Source: Octopus sinensis
Taxonomy: Eukaryota
DNA length: 64,000 nt
NCBI RefSeq assembly: GCF_006345805.1
Contig: NC_042998.1
Location: forward strand, 53,196,001-53,260,000
Direction of reading: 5' to 3'
A program made the translations under genes and the position numbers. This document shows, one piece after another, positions 37,839-51,219 of this stretch. Under the pieces are notes generated by a model. The model was not told the origin of the DNA. It ran no database searches and saw only the letters and a program-made list of their open reading frames with translations. How positions within the stretch are numbered: position 1 is the stretch's first letter; each line of letters opens with the position of its first letter.

Positions 37839-38101
37839 TATTAAAATTATAATTTAGGGTATCTAAGAGATACCACCATGCTTGAAATAGCAGCCAAAAC
37901 TTGACTCTAAAACTACATTAAAAGTTCATACAGCACCAGGAGAGAAGACAAAAGGACAAAATAAACTAGCAAAAAAATTACTGGATAATTCCAGATCCTG
38001 GATTTCTGGCTCTGCATAAGAAATGCTTTGCCTCATCAAGTTTTGGCTGCTATTTCAAACGTGGTGGTATCTCTTAGATACCCTAAATTATAATTTTAAT
38101 A
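37839..38101. mobile_element. Fold-back element with 66-bp inverted arms (37839-37904 / 38036-38101) inside the microsatellite of a SINE A
   Basis: Arms are reverse complements with 2 mismatches; 131-nt spacer; the minus strand carries a hammerhead-like core TTGATGAG..GAAA. Confidence 0.75.
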
Positions 38102-40152
38102 TATATATACACACACACACACACACATACATACACGTGTGCGTTTGTCCCCAACCACACCTTGAAAACCTTTGGGATGTTTATGTCCCTATAATTTAGT
38201 GTTTTGGCAAAAGAGACCAGTAGAATAACTACCAGGTTTAAAAAGGAAATAAGTACCATTCAACCAAAATTCTTCAAGGTGGTGACCCAGGATAGCTGCA
38301 GTCTCATGACTGAAACAAGTAAAAGATAAAAGAGAGTGTGTGTGTGTGTGTGAGTACACATATACACTTACATATATATGTTTATGTATTTATATATATG
38401 TGTGTATGAGTGTGTTTGTATGATACATGTAAATAAGTGTCACTGTCATAGAAGCAGTGTCATTCATTTCTAGTATTCTTTGAGAACATGTCTGGTTGTG
38501 GGGAAATATTAGCTTGCTTGGAAATAGGAGAGAGTGTGTAACAGGAAGGGCATCCAGCTGTAGAAAATTTGCCTCAATAAACTCCATTCCAACTCATGCA
38601 GGCTTAAAGAAGTCAACATTAAAATAATGGTGACTTCTATTTTTAACAGGTTAAATGATCACATAGAGTATCGTTCAGTTGCATGAGGTGCATGTAACTA
38701 ACAACTTAAGCAGAATGCATTTTCTCCACAGACGAGTTTAGTATCATATGACAATAAGTATTGGTATTAGTCATAGCAGTGACAGAATAGGTGGACTTAA
38801 GTCATAGTGTAGCAGTTGCCACAGACAGAACACACTCCAGCAATTTGTTTGAGACTATTGGCATTGTACTGGTCAAGACATCAACTTGTTTTTCATTACC
38901 ACATTTATGTCGAAATATACCAACTTCATATCAATTAATTTTTAGAATAATGTAAAATTTACTCAAATAACTGTCACTATTACATTGGTGTAAGACAGTA
39001 AGCTGACAGAATCATTAGCATACCAGACAAAATGCTTAATGGCATTTCATCAATTTTTGCACTTTGAGTTCTAAATTCCACCAAGGTTGACTTTGCATTT
39101 TATCCTTTTGTGGTCAATAAAATCAGTAACAATTGAGCACTGGGGTCGAAGTAATCGACAAATCTCCTCCCTCAAATTTGCTGGCCTTGTGTCAAAATTT
39201 GAGACTATTATTAAAGTGATGTTTGGAATATAAATTAACTTGAAATTTTGGTGGAAGAACTTAACTTGGATTACTTTAAAACCAGAGATTTGTATAATAG
39301 AAGTAAGGGTGGTTTCAAGTAGGTTGAAATCAAAAGGGTTAAACTGCATCAGGTCATAGGGCTCCAGCTCTGGAGTTCAAAAATTTTTACAAGAGTATGG
39401 CGTTATGCCTTAGTCACCGCTACTCCTAGACCTGGTCAGTCAAGCACTCCAGTTATGGGTCAAATAGCACAAGATCCTATGGTGGCAAGAGTATACAAGA
39501 TACAGAAAACAAAAAAAAACCTTTGCCCATACTTGCACCAAGTGCAGATCCATGGTTTTAAGAGATATATAGCATAAATAACGAAAAGATGGAACAGTCA
39601 TGTTGGTAAACAATTTTGATCACAGGTCTGTAGCTCAATCAGGAATGACGTAAAGCTCAGCAGCAGTAACAACAATATCGTACATGTGTCATATATGAAT
39701 CTTTAATAATATTGAGCAATGGTGCATGCTGTAATAAAAGTATATCAAGATTGAATAAGGAGAACGAGCATGGGCAAACTTTACAAGAAGCTGACCGCAT
39801 GAGACAAGGCTCATCATCAGACAAGCTGCACTACTAAAAAAGACTCAAAGTAATTTTTTTATTAGGCATGCCATTCAGAAATTCATGCAAGCCACATGTA
39901 GCCTGCAAGCTTCAGTTTTTCTATGAATGCTTTATGCAATAACTCAATTTACTAGAAAAGCAGCTGAATTGCCTTCAAAGATGTTGGAAAATGTAGTCAT
40001 GTAAAAAAGACAAAAAATGGATGTTATGGTCACAACCAATGTATATTTCTACATATATACCCAATCAGGGATGACGTGTGACTAAACATCAGCACTGTAA
40101 TAGTTAGTATTTGATTTGTAAACAATAATATGTTTATGTTGAAGTCAGCAGT

Positions 40153-40818
40153 TGTGACGCTAAGAGTTTGTTATTAAAACAGCAAGTTGTAAGATGTGAA
40201 AGATGAACAATGCATAAAGTTTTAAGAAAGTATTTATTTAACGTTATGTAACAAATACCTTGCCTCGACGGGCAAGTTTAGATACATCCAAAAGCATGCG
40301 AAGTAAAGTTTGTTTTTGTATCCTCTTCATTGTTTAGTAGTAATTGCTGAGACAGATAGAATGATGGTGTAAGGGACAGAATTAGAGCTAGAGAGAAGTA
40401 TAAGGTGTCGTCTGACAGTAAACTTCTTTTCTCCCTCTGACCAAGGTTGGTCAGCCAGACTTTGTTGAGTTGTCATGATGTGACTGACTTGGTTGAGTCA
40501 TCACCAGCTGGTGACAAACTGATTTTTGCTTGGGATGTGCTGGTTTATATAACTATCCAGAACGATAGATATATCATTGAGAACAATAGATTTAGTTGGT
40601 GGTCTTGTTATCTATTCTAGCTTTTTGTGAAGTAGAAGAGGTTAGAAATGGTCAAGTAGTGAAGACATTATTTTGGCCAAGCTAAAGGCATCTGGAAAAT
40701 GTAAAACTGCTGTCAGAGAAAAACCATTGTTCCATCATGGGAAAAGTTCTGTAGCAGTGTTAATTTAAATTTGGCTGTGGTGGATCGAATCCACTTCGTG
40801 CATGCAAGATCCACTACA
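40153..40818 (-). mobile_element. Probable solo LTR (666 bp)
   Basis: TGT...ACA termini; 5-bp TSD GCAGT (40148-40152) / GCACT (40819-40823); on the minus strand a TATATAAA (~40551-40544) lies upstream of AATAAA (~40238-40233). Confidence 0.65.
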
Positions 40819-42249
40819 GCACTAACAATGTGAGCATATCTCAAGCCAACAAGGAATCTCCTATGTGAACTCTCAACCTGCTTAATTTACAACCAACTCT
40901 TCCTCAAATTCCACCTAACTAAAATAAGAAGGGTACTTTAGATGATATTATCCCTGATATACCATGTTGGAAATAATAAACAGATGGGAAGGTCATGTCA
41001 GTAAATAATGTTGATCATAAATTTGTAGCTCAATCAGGAAAGACAAAGCTCAGCTGCAACAACAACAACAACACTGTTCATGTATCACATATATAAATCT
41101 ATAATAATATTGATTTCTAACTTTGGAACATGAGCACAAATTTGTTTCATGGGGAGGATACAATCATATCAACTGTATTTATTTTATTGATGCACCAGAA
41201 AACTTAAATGAAAATCAACACTGGCCTGATTTGAACTCAGAACATAAGTGATGTTATTAAATACCTCAAAGTATTAAATCTGATGCTCTATTGATTTTGC
41301 CAGTTCATTACCCTTATCTATGATAAGCATAGCCACAAGGTCACAAATTTGAATGAAGGGTGAGACAATTAAAGCAATTCACTATATATCATCATCAGTT
41401 AACGTCTGCTTTCCATGCTGGCATGGGTTAGGTGGCTACTTATTTTATTGATTACAGAAAGATGAAAGGCAAAACTTCTCTCAGCAAGTTTTAAACTCAG
41501 GATGTAAAGAGCATTACTAAGCAGTGTAAGACATTTTGTCTGATATTCTAATGATTCTGCCAATCTATATTGCCACAGCCATAATCACTAACAATATTAC
41601 CCCTTTCAGTACTATATTTTTTTGATGGAATGCTCTGCCTTTCTTTCGACTAATTGCGAAAATAATAAAGAAACTAGTAAAATATCTTTGTCATTATTAT
41701 AATTGTATTCAAAACATAAATTAACATGAAATTTTGCCATTCACAATCTCATTAATTACATGCTCATTCTGCTTCAGGATTTAATTTAGATCATCAAGCA
41801 CAGAAAGTTTGTATCATAAGATCCAGGGCTGGTCTCAGGCAGGTTGATATCATAAGCAGATAAGGCGGCAAGCTGGTAGAAACGTTAGCACGCCGGGCGA
41901 AATGCTTAGTGGTATTTCGTCTGCGATTTCATTCTGAGTTCAAATTCCGCCGAGGTCGACTTTGCCTTTCATCCTTTCGGGGTCGATTAAATAAGTACCA
42001 GTTACGCACTGGGGTCGATATAATCGACTTAATCCCTTTGTCTGTCCTTGTTTGTCCTCTCTGTGTTTAGCCCCTTGTGGGTAGTAAAGAAATAGATATG
42101 ATAAGCAGAGATAATTCTGAACAAAAGACAGTGCAGTATTTGATCACATCTTTCTATGCTCTGAGTTTTAATCCTGCTGAGGTCCGTTATCTCTTTCGTT
42201 TTGTTGAGGTTGATAAAAATGCATGAATTAACTACTAGAAAAAAATACA

Positions 42250-42460
42250 AATGACTGGTACCTCTGTAGATCCATGATCTGTGAAGGAACAACTACATTT
42301 GGGACAAACAAATGTGAAGAAATGGAAGAAAAACGAAGAAGGAGGAATGAGACACAACTTTGACCCAGACCAGATTTCCCCCAAAAGACAACTTGCCCAA
42401 CTTGCAGAAGATCCTTCAAAGCCTAATTGGACTAATTGGCCACCTTTGCGTGCACCAACA
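42250..42460 (+). mobile_element. RTE LINE C-terminal fragment with C2H2 finger
   Basis: RSMICEGTTTF...EEMEEKRRRR...TCPTCRRSFKA/IGLIGHLCVH across frameshifts. Confidence 0.7.
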
Positions 42461-42739
42461 ACCCAACATGGACTAGAGCAAAGACCATCATCCTATGAAG
42501 AAAGAGAGATAACCACAATGAGGAGAAAATTTAAAATAGATTTAACCTTTTAGCATTCAAATTGCTCTGTCAAATGTAAAGCTTATTTATTCTTGTTGCT
42601 TTGTATTATTATGTAGCTTTAAGATTTCAGTGAGGTGATTGTTTATTTTTAGAATGACATTGTAGAACAGGTGTGATAGGCCAGATCTGGCCAGTTTGAA
42701 CATAAAACAGCTGGACTATTTAGGCTGGATATGGTCTTC

Positions 42740-43064
42740 TGTACCTGTGGCACGTAAAAGGGCACCATTCGAGCGTGATCATTACCAACGTCGCTTCACT
42801 GGCACCTGTGCCAGTGGCACGTGTAAAAAGATTCGAGCGAGTTCATTGCCAGTACCGCCTGACTGGCCCCGTGCCGGTGGCACGTAAAAAGCACCCACTA
42901 CACTCTCAGAGTGGTTGGCGTTAAGACGGGCATCCAGCTGTAGAAACTCTGCCAGATCAAGATTGGAGCCTGGTGCAGCCATCTGGTTTGCCAGCACTCA
43001 GCCAAAATTCGTCCAACCCATGCTAGCATGGAAAGCAGACGTTAAAAGATGATGATGATGATGA
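42740..43064 (+). mobile_element. RTE LINE 3' UTR fragment with (GAT)n tail
   Basis: Three repeat units plus the conserved terminal block, as at 15.3 and 45.0 kb. Confidence 0.85.
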
Positions 43065-44061
43065 TTAACTGACTTTACCCTTCCTGCAAAATAAAAGGGT
43101 TTGTGCCTGTGTTACAAATCAATATTAAGAGAAAATTCCAGAGAGCAACACTATAAAATAAACACTTCCTATGAAAGTTAGTTTCTTATGAACCCCTTCT
43201 ATTACTTTCATTTTTTTTTTCAGTTTATATTATTCATTATATATTTATTTAGTTTGTCAAATAAAACTTAAGTGGCAACTGAATGTTAAGGTGTGATTTG
43301 TATATAAGAAGCTATCAAGAAGTAAATTCCATACATTGACATCATAGTGACAGGATTTAGTTTGGGAAAATTTAAAGCTGATGTGATTGTCGGAGGGATT
43401 TAAATTTACATACATACATACAAGTGTGTATATGCATGTAAATGTCGATATTTATGCAAGTGCTTCTATGTATACGAGTGTCTGTGTGTGTGTACTTAAG
43501 TGCGTTTAGAGACTATATTGCTGTTATTTGGGCGCATTTTATATTATAGCTTAGATGTCAATAGGCACTGATTATGTATGTACCTTTATGTAAACATGTC
43601 TGCTGCATGCATGCACACACACACACACACATATATATAGTTGTAGGAGTGCTTGCGTGAGTGTATACACATTATAGGGATAGAGAGTGCATATATAAAT
43701 ACACAAAATACACATATAATATATATACATACATATAAATATACATTTAAATGTATATTGTGCATGTATAACATACATACAAATACAGACATAAATACAA
43801 ATATGTATACAACTTCATTATATATATATATATATACCTTTCATTATCTTTTACTTGTTTCAGTCATTTGACAGTAGCGAAGCTGGGGCACCACCTTAAA
43901 GGGTTCTGTTGAACAAATCGACATCAGTACATTTTTTAAAACTTGGCACTTATTTCATCAGTCTATTTTGCTGAACCACTAAATTAGAGGGATGTAAACA
44001 AGCTAACAGCAGTTGTCAAGAGTTGGTGAGGACCAACACAGAGACACACATACACACACAA

Positions 44062-44122
<61 letters not shown>

Positions 44123-44545
44123 CATGTGTATGCATGTAAAATTTTGCATACTTTATAAAAAAATTTATATATAGGCACAGGAGTTGCTGTGTGCTAAGTA
44201 GCTTGCTTACTAACCACATGGTTTTGGGTTCAGTCCCACTGCATGGTACCTTGAGCAAGTGTCTTCTACTATAGCCTCGTTCCAACCAATGCCTTGTGAG
44301 TGGATTTGGTAGACAGACACTGAAAGAAGCCCATCGTACATATGTATATGTGTGTGTGTCTGTGTGCCTGTGTTTGTCCCCCCAACATCGCTTGACAACT
44401 GATGCTGGTGTGTTTATGTTCAGCAAAAGAGACCGATAGAATAAGTACAAGGCTTACAGACAATATGTCCTAGGGTCAATTTGCTCAACTGAAGATGGTG
44501 CTACAGCATGACCACAGTCAAATGACTGAAACGAGTAAAGGAGTA

Positions 44546-44585
<40 letters not shown>

Positions 44586-45034
44586 AACACACATGTATAA
44601 ACAAAATTTTCATACATATACAAATTTCAGATATATATGTGCATATATATATATAGACAGACTGACAGATAGATAGATAAGTAGGTAGATAGATAGATAT
44701 ACATACATACATACACACACATATAAATATATAATACACACACACACACCTTCTACATTCTATCTGCCGGCATTTATGCCTGTGTGTGTGTGTGTGAGTG
44801 AGTGTTTACTACTATACTTTGCCAATAAATATCTTAATGGTTGTGCATAGACACATTAGACAAATCTAGAGGAAGCATGTCAGCTGTAGTTTATAATGAT
44901 ACATAGCTTCAAGCAGTGAAGTATTGTAGGAAAGGTATTTTTTTTCCAGTTCAGTATGGAAATGGTAAAAAGGCAAATGAAACAGGAAAGCATGAGATCT
45001 ATAACAAATATACACACTCAATAATTACCAAATC

Positions 45035-45523
45035 AAAATAGATGAACATCAATGGAATTTGTATCTTTGTGGTACCAGTGCTGGTGGCACATAAGAAAAC
45101 CATCCGAACGTGGCCGTAGCCAGTACCGCATTGACTGGCCTCCGTGCTGTGGGCACGTAACAAACACCATCCGATCATGGCCGTTCGCCAGCCTCGTCTG
45201 GCACCTGTGTCGGTGGCACATAAAAAACACCATCCGAGCGTGGCCGTTCGCCAGCCTCGTCTGGCACCTGTATCGGTGGCACATAAAAAACACCATCCGA
45301 GCGTGGCCGTTCGCCAGCCTCGTCTGGCACCTGTGTCGGTGGCACATAAAATCACCCACTACACTCGGAGTGGTTGGCGTTAGGAAGGGCATCCAGCTGT
45401 AGAAACACTGCCAGATCTGACTGGCCTGGTGCAGCCTTCGGGCTCCCCAGACCTCAGTTGAACCGTCCAACCCATGCTAGCATGGAAAGCGGACGTTAAA
45501 CGATGATGATGATGATGATGATG
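45035..45523 (+). mobile_element. RTE LINE 3' UTR fragment with five ~63-bp units and (GAT)n tail
   Basis: caccatccgagcgtggccgttcgccagcctcgtctggcacctgtgtcggtggcacataaaaaa in three near-identical copies plus diverged upstream units. Confidence 0.9.
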
Positions 45524-45824
45524 ACCTACAGTAACATACAAGCATACACATACAATGGTGTGGTTGAAAGTTTCTGGCTTTGGGTAACAGAAAATACAGG
45601 AGGATCAGTTAATTACAACTTCATTTACTATATTCCCCTTTCAGATTCACACAATTGTTGCAGTAGTCCTTCAGTTTTTCTAAGCCCTGTAAATGAACGC
45701 AGAAGGTTGGGCCTCCAACTAAGCCTTTTGTGATACCCTTGAAACCAGGAACTTTTAAGCAAGCCCCTCATGTATGTATGCATACATGATTGTGTGCGTG
45801 TGTATGTGTGTGCATGTGTGTGTG

Positions 45825-45856
<32 letters not shown>

Positions 45857-45973
45857 CTAATTATCTTTTTTAATAATTTTGATATATATTTAAATAATAT
45901 AAATTAATTAATCTTATGCATTGGCTTAAGTTTTTCATTGTATGATTTGCCTAATAGTGGTTTTATCTCTAAT

Positions 45974-46016
<43 letters not shown>

Positions 46017-46896
46017 TATATATATATATATATATATTCTTTAACTTTTACTTGTTTCCATCATTGGACTGTAGGAATCCTGTACACCATCTTGAAGGGT
46101 TTCAGTTAAACCTGAGTACTTATTTTTTAAGCCTGGTTGCTTATTCTGTCAGTCTCCTATGCTGAACCACTAAGTTAGTGGGACATGGACAAACCAACAC
46201 TGGTCAAGTGGCAGTGGAGGCACACACAAACACCAAAGACACACACACATACATACATACACATATGCACATACATACATGATGAGCTTTCAGTTTCTCT
46301 CTACCAAATACACTGACAAAGCTTTCTTGGTAGGCTTCATGTTATCCAATGTGACTGAACCTGGATCCATGTGATCAAGAAACAAATTTCTAGTACAGAT
46401 ACACACATGCACACACACATGCACACACGTGTGCACACACACACGCACACACACACACACACAGAGTCTATACCATTCAGCCAAATGACCCTTGACAAAA
46501 GTGGCCAGCAATCCATTGCAGAGAACTGAACACTATATCTCTCAAATTCTGGCTGAGCACTCTATACTACTGAGTTAAACAATTGATATGCGTGTATGTA
46601 TATACAAGTACAACATTGATTTTCCAGAATCTTTGGCACCAAAGCCATTCTGGATCACTGAGTTTTCCACACCAGGTGTGTTCACAAATATTAAATTTAC
46701 TTAAATAATCAAATAAAATATAGGTATATATATATATATATATAACAGATACAATTTTATTCATATTGGACTGTGCAATTACAAGTGAACTAGTCTGGAT
46801 GCTGCAGGAATTGAAATTCCTGCTTGTAAATTAGTGCGGATTATAAGAGTTTCTGGGCCACCAGTGATCAGAAAGTTGGTGTTGTACCCGTGTGTG

Positions 46897-46928
<32 letters not shown>

Positions 46929-47598
46929 TACACACACAAAATATATAAGGAATTTTCATCGACTGACATAAAGTAATAGGTATGTACTATGAGCGCTCAG
47001 TTAGGTTTACCACTAAAACACTGGTTTGAACTGCAACTAAAGGTGTGATTTTGAGACTGCCTATCAGAGGTGGCTATAAGTAGTTTATCCTTGAGCAGCT
47101 TTTTCCTTTTTAATTTAATGTATGTATGAGCACACTCAAAAACGTTTCATATAAACAATGTTGAAGAATATATATTTAGATACATATGTATATGTGTGTG
47201 TATGTGTGTATATATATGATGTTCTAGACTATAGTCATTTTACATCCATTTTTCGATGCCACCAGGATCTGGACAATACAAGAGAATCTGATAAGCTGGA
47301 AGATCACATTCTGCTCAGAAGCCTCACTTTTAACCTGGTTTCTATAACTGAATGCACCTCCTAATACCAACTATTTTCCCACAATGCACAGGGTGCATTT
47401 TTGCAATGGCACCAGCACTATGGAGGTTGTTTGTATCCAACCTTTTGAAACCCTACATTTGTTACTCAATTCGAATTATCAACCATTTAGAGTGTGTACT
47501 AGATTTTTTTTCTTTCCATGGCACAGCACTTGAGTGGTTGCTTGCCACTCACAAGGTGAAAGAGTAAAAGCTAAAGTAATGGAAGAATTATTGCAAGA

Positions 47599-47643
<45 letters not shown>

Positions 47644-48449
47644 AAGAGAGAGAGAGATATAGAGAGAGAGGGGGAGGATGGTATTAAGTGGGAATAATGG
47701 AGGAACAGAAGAGAGAATGGAGAGAGAATGAGAGTGAGAAGACTGAGAGATATTTAGAGAGAGATGTACATAGGTGGATGAATGTGTTACCAGACACAGA
47801 CAGACATTGGTATAAATACAGAGAATGAACAGCAGCACAGAGAGAAAGATAGCTAACAGAAAAAAATAAGTTCAATAAAGAATGTAAGAATTCACTAATT
47901 TGAGTAGAATTGATTGATGCAACATTGACTTTAGTGAAGAAAAATGACAGCATTAACATTGTCAATTTCCTTTATCTTCTACTATTAAGTCTCTTAAATT
48001 TTTCTCTCAATCTCTTCTCACCAACTTTCTTCCTTCTTTCTCTACATAACACATATTTGTCTTTCATAATTGGGTACATATACACATGTCTGCATGCATA
48101 CATATGTATATTTCTTTATTACCCACAAGAAGCTAAACATAGAGGGGACAAACAAGGACAAAGTATTAAGTCGATTATATCGACCCCAGTACTCAACTGG
48201 TACTTAATTTATCAACTCCTGAAAGGATGAAAGGCAAAGTCGACCTCAGCGGAATTTGAACTCAGAACGTAACGGCAGACAAGATATGGCTACGCATTTC
48301 GCCCGGCCTGCTAACGTTTGTGCCAGCTCACCGCTATGTAAAGTGAGATTCATATTAATGTACACCTGCATATACATGTGTGTGCATGTATATGTGCACA
48401 TGCATAAAAGCATAATGATATAGTATGGCAGATAGGTATTTATTACAAA

Positions 48450-48750
48450 TCTTCATCCAAGCATTCTCATCTGTAATGTCCAGCCATCTCAGGTTTAACC
48501 ACGCAGTGAAGACCTTCCCAACGGACACATATCTTCATTATAGCAAAATCTGGTCTTTCTCTCTTCTGGGTTACTTTAGTTACCAACAAATACAAGCTCT
48601 CTGCAATGCTCAGGTAAAATCCACAATGGAGTACTGTCTTTAAATATGGGACTGTGCCGCTGCTGGGCATGCAAACAGCCTAGAAAGCATCAAAGGGCCA
48701 CTGAAACTGATTAGCATAGAGTCACACACCATCATACCCCAGTCTTGGGA
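48450..48750 (+). mobile_element. Old CR1/L2-group LINE RT C-terminal fragment
   Basis: QALCNAQVKSTMEYCL*IWD resembles the LY(K)AQ(V/I)RPxMEYCSxIW motif. Confidence 0.6.
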
Positions 48751-51219
48751 CAGGAGTTGTCAATGTGTATATGTGTGTGTGTGTGTTTGTGTGTTTATGT
48801 TTGTGCCCCCAACATCACATGACAACTGATGCTGGTGTGTTTACATCCCCGTAACTTAGCGGTTCGGCAAAATAGACGGATAGAATAAGTACTAGGCTTA
48901 CAAAGAATAAGTCTTGGGGTCGATTTGCTCGACTAAAGGCAGTGCTCCAGCATGGCCACAGTCAAATGACTGAAACAAGTAAAAGAGTAAAAGAGTAAAC
49001 TGTAGCCTGGTATGTACACAATTACCTAGTACAGATTTTTGCATGGAATAAGGAGCTAAATTGTAAAATCCATGAAGCTAAAAGGATAAACAATACAGAA
49101 AGAGTTGAAAAACACTGTGTCACACTGTTGCTGAACCTGACAGAAACAGCAGCAACCCTTGCCATTTTTTACGAAATAAAACACAACAGGAATACTTTTA
49201 ATCGTAGGTTTGCTCAAAGACTTAACTAGGAATTGAAGAATAGTATCCTTCTTATTGATATCTCTAAAGTGATGGGAACAATTATTGTTGATCATCATGG
49301 CATCATAAATATTCTGTTTAGCAGTTACTTTTCAATATTTATTGAGCCAGAACCATTCAGAAGATTGTTCTTGTTGCTATTTTCTACATAACGCAAGGTT
49401 AAAAAAATGGTCTCAGCTTTAGAAAACTATTTGAAAGCCAATAGCAATAATACTCAGTATAAACAGAACACTTGATGATATATGTCATATATGCAATCTA
49501 TCAAGCCAACAAGGGTGGTTCGACATGGTTACTCATGCTATTAAAAGTAACAGTTAAATCTCGCTTAACTAATGTCCTAGAGTCTAATAAAAAAAAAAGG
49601 ACATTTTAGAAAGTGTAATCATGGATATAGGGAAAAATGTTATGATCACAGATAGAACATGCTTGATCACAGCTGTTCTTGAACAGGGTTAAACGATAAC
49701 AACTGCACAAACAATCTAACCACCACCCAGTATAAGAGCAAGACCTTCCAATGAAACATGCTCTCCAAAACTAAACCCCTGGATATTAAGTTCATTTTTT
49801 CCATCACAAACAAATTACAAGAGCTAGAGCCCACAAAGAAAATGGTTTATCAACAGGTTTCTATGAAGTCATTCAGCTTACTAGAAATTACAGCTAAATC
49901 CCCCTCAGATCATACATCCTACCGTTATAAAAATATAGAAGAGGTAGATTACATAAGTAAATCTTGGCCATATTCCTAACAAGACAGGATGGTTACAGTT
50001 GAAATTCTTCTGATTAGAGGTGTACCCTATCAGGGCTGATATAGAGTAAAAGCAACAGCTAGGGTTCATTTCAGTTAGTAATTCCTAACATTTAAGGCAG
50101 TGAGCTGGCAAAATCTTTAGCATGCTGGGCAAAATGCTTGGTGGCATTTTGTCCATCTTTATATTCTTTAAATTCCTCTGAAATCGACTTTGCCTTTCAT
50201 CCTTTTAGGGTCAATAAAATAAGTACCAATTGAATACTGGAGTCAATTTAATTGATTTACCCATCCCTGAAAATTCTCTCCCTGACCATGTTTTTATCTA
50301 CAGTCTAAAGAATTTCAAACTGAATATCAGCAATACCAATCACTAAGGTCTTCTAGGACAGCCTGCAAAGGCTCAGGTGCCATCCATATTCTTTAAACTA
50401 AATATGTATTTTCAGAAAGTTGTATGAAGTATTTTTGTAAGATTTTAACAGCTGAATGTTGAGTTGATGGATAATGTTGGTCAGTCCGTCATGTGATGGG
50501 ATGGACGTCAAAATGTGGGTACTTAAAGGTAAAGAGCCAAACTGTGAGCATGTTTCTGCTACAAATTTATAATATACAGACATGAAAGCAACTCTGTGTC
50601 ATCAGACATCTAGAACTATCTAGGTTTATATTTGTATTCACTGAATAAATGGATTGTTGAATATAAATTAATTCACAGATTATTTAGTTCTCCAATTTAT
50701 GATTACACATATATATATTCAGTAAACAGAATTTGCCAAGATGAATATTACTTTTTTCAAAGCTTTACTTGTTTTTATCTCATCATTATCATTAAATCAA
50801 TTATGATTTATTTCCTTGCAGCAACAAAAGTCCAAATAATGTCATAACAGCAAATTTTTTTTTAACAACCCAGCTGACCTGTATTGTTTTCTTTATTCCA
50901 GCCTTTCAGCTATCGGCTTCATATTAATATGAAGCCTGAAGGCAGCCAGATAGTGACCTGACTAATAATTTGTTTCTTATATGATTGGAAGTCACTTTCA
51001 TCGCAGATGAAGTAAGCTGTCACACAACACTGTATCAGACAGCAGAGCCAGACATCTCTCACAAACAATGCTTTGGTGGCATGTACCATGTTCTTTCTAA
51101 TTGTTTTAGACACCTGTGTAGTCACAAGCAACATAAACAACCTCTTGGATCTTCTCACCCTTCACCAAGTGGAATATCCAAGATGTGCTAGTTGGAGAGA
51201 GAGAGAGTTGCATCAGTAT

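Noticed and set aside
45175-45240. HDV-like ribozyme suggested by GGCC...CCTCGT
   Set aside because: P1, P2 and P1.1 pairings and the J4/2 catalytic C could not be built.
45070-45350. CRISPR-like repeat/spacer array
   Set aside because: Spacers are homologous to one another, the context is a eukaryotic RTE 3' UTR, and there are no cas genes.
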